Shown here piece after piece: positions 61,979 to 64,000 of a stretch of DNA of 64,000 nucleotides (position 1 is its first letter; each line of letters starts with the position of its first letter). The notes below the pieces were generated by a model. The model saw nothing but the letters and a program-made list of their open reading frames with translations. It was not told the DNA's origin and did not search any database. Both the position numbers and the translations under genes were made by a program. The stretch comes from Callorhinchus milii (Eukaryota): contig NW_024704743.1 in assembly GCF_018977255.1 (NCBI RefSeq), positions 108,564,001 to 108,628,000 on the forward strand. The letters are read 5' to 3'.

Positions 61979-64000
61979 GTTGACCGCTGCATTTTGCTGT
62001 TCATTTTCTTGTTTGCAGCTGCATCATGGAGTCGCACTGCAGCCGATTTGGCCACATTGGAAAATAATTACGCAGCTGAATAAGCATCAATTACTTTATT
62101 TTTTTTAACAAGTTCATCATTTTTGCCGCTTAGTTTTAGCTGTGAAATAATAACTCTGATTTGTTTCGCCCTCTGACACTTTAGAGCTGAAATACCGAAC
62201 AAGCGGCATCTCACGGTTAAATCTATCATTCAATTCACAACAATTGTAATGTCGCCCCTTAAACAGATAATGTTTTTTTCAAATGCATTAATTCTAACAT
62301 ATTTGTAAGGATTGAAGATAAATGTAGGAACATTTATATGTGTTCTGAAGCAATGTGAAGGAGAAATCGCAGGTTCAGCTGAACACGGCTGTAATATTTG
62401 TAAAAACGAGGACTGGTTAAATTGGGACTTCCAGCTCCATAATACAGGTTTGAGCAGATCTATCTCTTCCAGGCATTCGGGTGGCACAGATATGAGATGG
62501 ATACATTTTAAAAGCAACAATTTGATAATTCATCATTTTAATTCACAGCAGCGAGTGTCGAGGCGTTGTGATTCACATTTATATAAAAGCAGGGAAAATC
62601 CGACCTGTGTCTGTAAGATTCTTTTATTTCAGTTAAACGTTTGATTTTTCTTCCACTGCACAGTGTTTTTTTTTACCTGCTAAGTACCCACACAATGTAT
62701 GTTCGACGTTATTCGTGTTTTCGAGACCATATTAAGTTGAGGGTCAGAATTGGATTCACCCACCGCTTTGAACAATAAATACTGGATTCAGAACGAGAGA
62801 GAAAAAAATGAAAATAAGTCGATATCTACAATATGAAGTCAAAATCCGCCTGACTAATCTTTACAGTTAATTGATCCTTTCATCTATCGACTTTTTTTTT
62901 ACAAAGCTGCTTCAGATAATGATTACAATTGCGAGATTGAAAGCTGCTCAGTCAGATGCTCACGTTTCCTGTTGTCTTCCCTGTGCAGCTCATTACATAC
63001 ATTCCACTAGTCGGTAGGTGTTAGAAGCTGCATCCGATTCCCTGGTCTCTATCTTTCTCTTTCTCTCGCTTTCTGGGAGACTTTAAACACTTTCCTCACT
63101 GACACCTACTGGAGGAGCAACGCAACAGATCGCCCTCTCTGCAGCATCGCAAAAAGGTTCGATCACGTATGGAAAACGCTGTGTGGAAAATTCTTGCAGT
63201 GTCTGTGTGGAAGTGCTTTCACGTCTGCTTTTCAACTAATCAATTCCACCTCGATACTCACAGAAAGGACACAGAAATTGCCAGCAACGCGGAAACGTGA
63301 CCACATCCCCTCTAAATTATAATGTTACGGATACGCACTGTCACTCGCACTAAAAGCACAAGGTTCATTCGTTTACCGGTAGAGTTGTTTTGTTTGCAGA
63401 AGCAGAAACCTAAATGATTTGCGGCGATGCATTTACAGTGCTTTTATCTGTATGAAGACATTCATACATTCAACTTTCAATCATATGAGGACACACACAC
63501 TGCCATTGAATAATTCTGAGTCGGTGACACTTTAGGGAACATTTACGCAACCAGTTCGCATGTAGATATTAGACTGAGTTTAGAACATACCAATGTTTGA
63601 TTTCAGGTTTTCAACCTCACTTCAGAAAGTAAGTAATTCTACTGCATTATTTAGATCCAGACTGAGGTAAACACTGCAATATTTACTTCTAGACTCCAGC
63701 GATTCGACTCGTGCTTTTTGCGCAATTGTATAAATAATTGAAATCAGAAAGATAACATCTTTTCACCCGGTCTCTGCTTTCATCTTATACGACTGCAGCA
63801 TCCATTCTTTGTAGTGAGTATGTCTGTGAGATGGTACCAACAAATCTGTAATTATTTTTCTGCTTTTATCGTCATTTGTATTGTATTTGTAAGGTGCATG
63901 TTGTCCATTTTATTTTATTTTTAAAATTTTTTTTTAAAAAGTGACTAAGGCGATTAATTCTTTCCCCTCAAATCAATCCCAAAATTTGCCAAACAATTTT

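Noticed and set aside
1..64000. Remaining short ORFs in the six-frame track; CRISPR arrays or other prokaryotic systems
   Set aside because: The ORFs map to repeats, microsatellites or random open frames. The sequence is vertebrate, with no repeat-spacer array or operon structure.

Overview
This is non-coding vertebrate genomic DNA. The repeat content (L2 LINEs, tRNA-derived SINEs with L2-type tails, Deu-domain SINEs, an LF-SINE-like relic, CR1 relics) suggests a cartilaginous fish, probably a chimaera or elephant shark; that assignment is inference. I found no host protein-coding gene, and the only long ORF is a decayed L2 reverse transcriptase (27.7-29.8 kb). The key feature is a perfect mir-124 hairpin at 57,372-57,430 (+), whose loop and 3' flank resemble the mir-124-2 paralogue. 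It lies in a CpG-rich domain (about 39-64 kb) with no recognisable transposon from about 45 to 61 kb. That domain holds candidate plus-strand host-gene splice sites, a candidate divergent non-coding exon on the minus strand, an RE1/NRSE-like site, a full CRE, many CAGATG E-boxes, microsatellites and a 72-unit tetranucleotide array. The left ~39 kb is CpG-poor and repeat-rich, with nested insertions, a ~240-bp palindromic relic and an unexplained 62-bp duplication. I found no evidence of a wholly new system; the best leads are the regulatory architecture around mir-124 and the SINE/LINE biology. Repeat boundaries were read by eye and are approximate.
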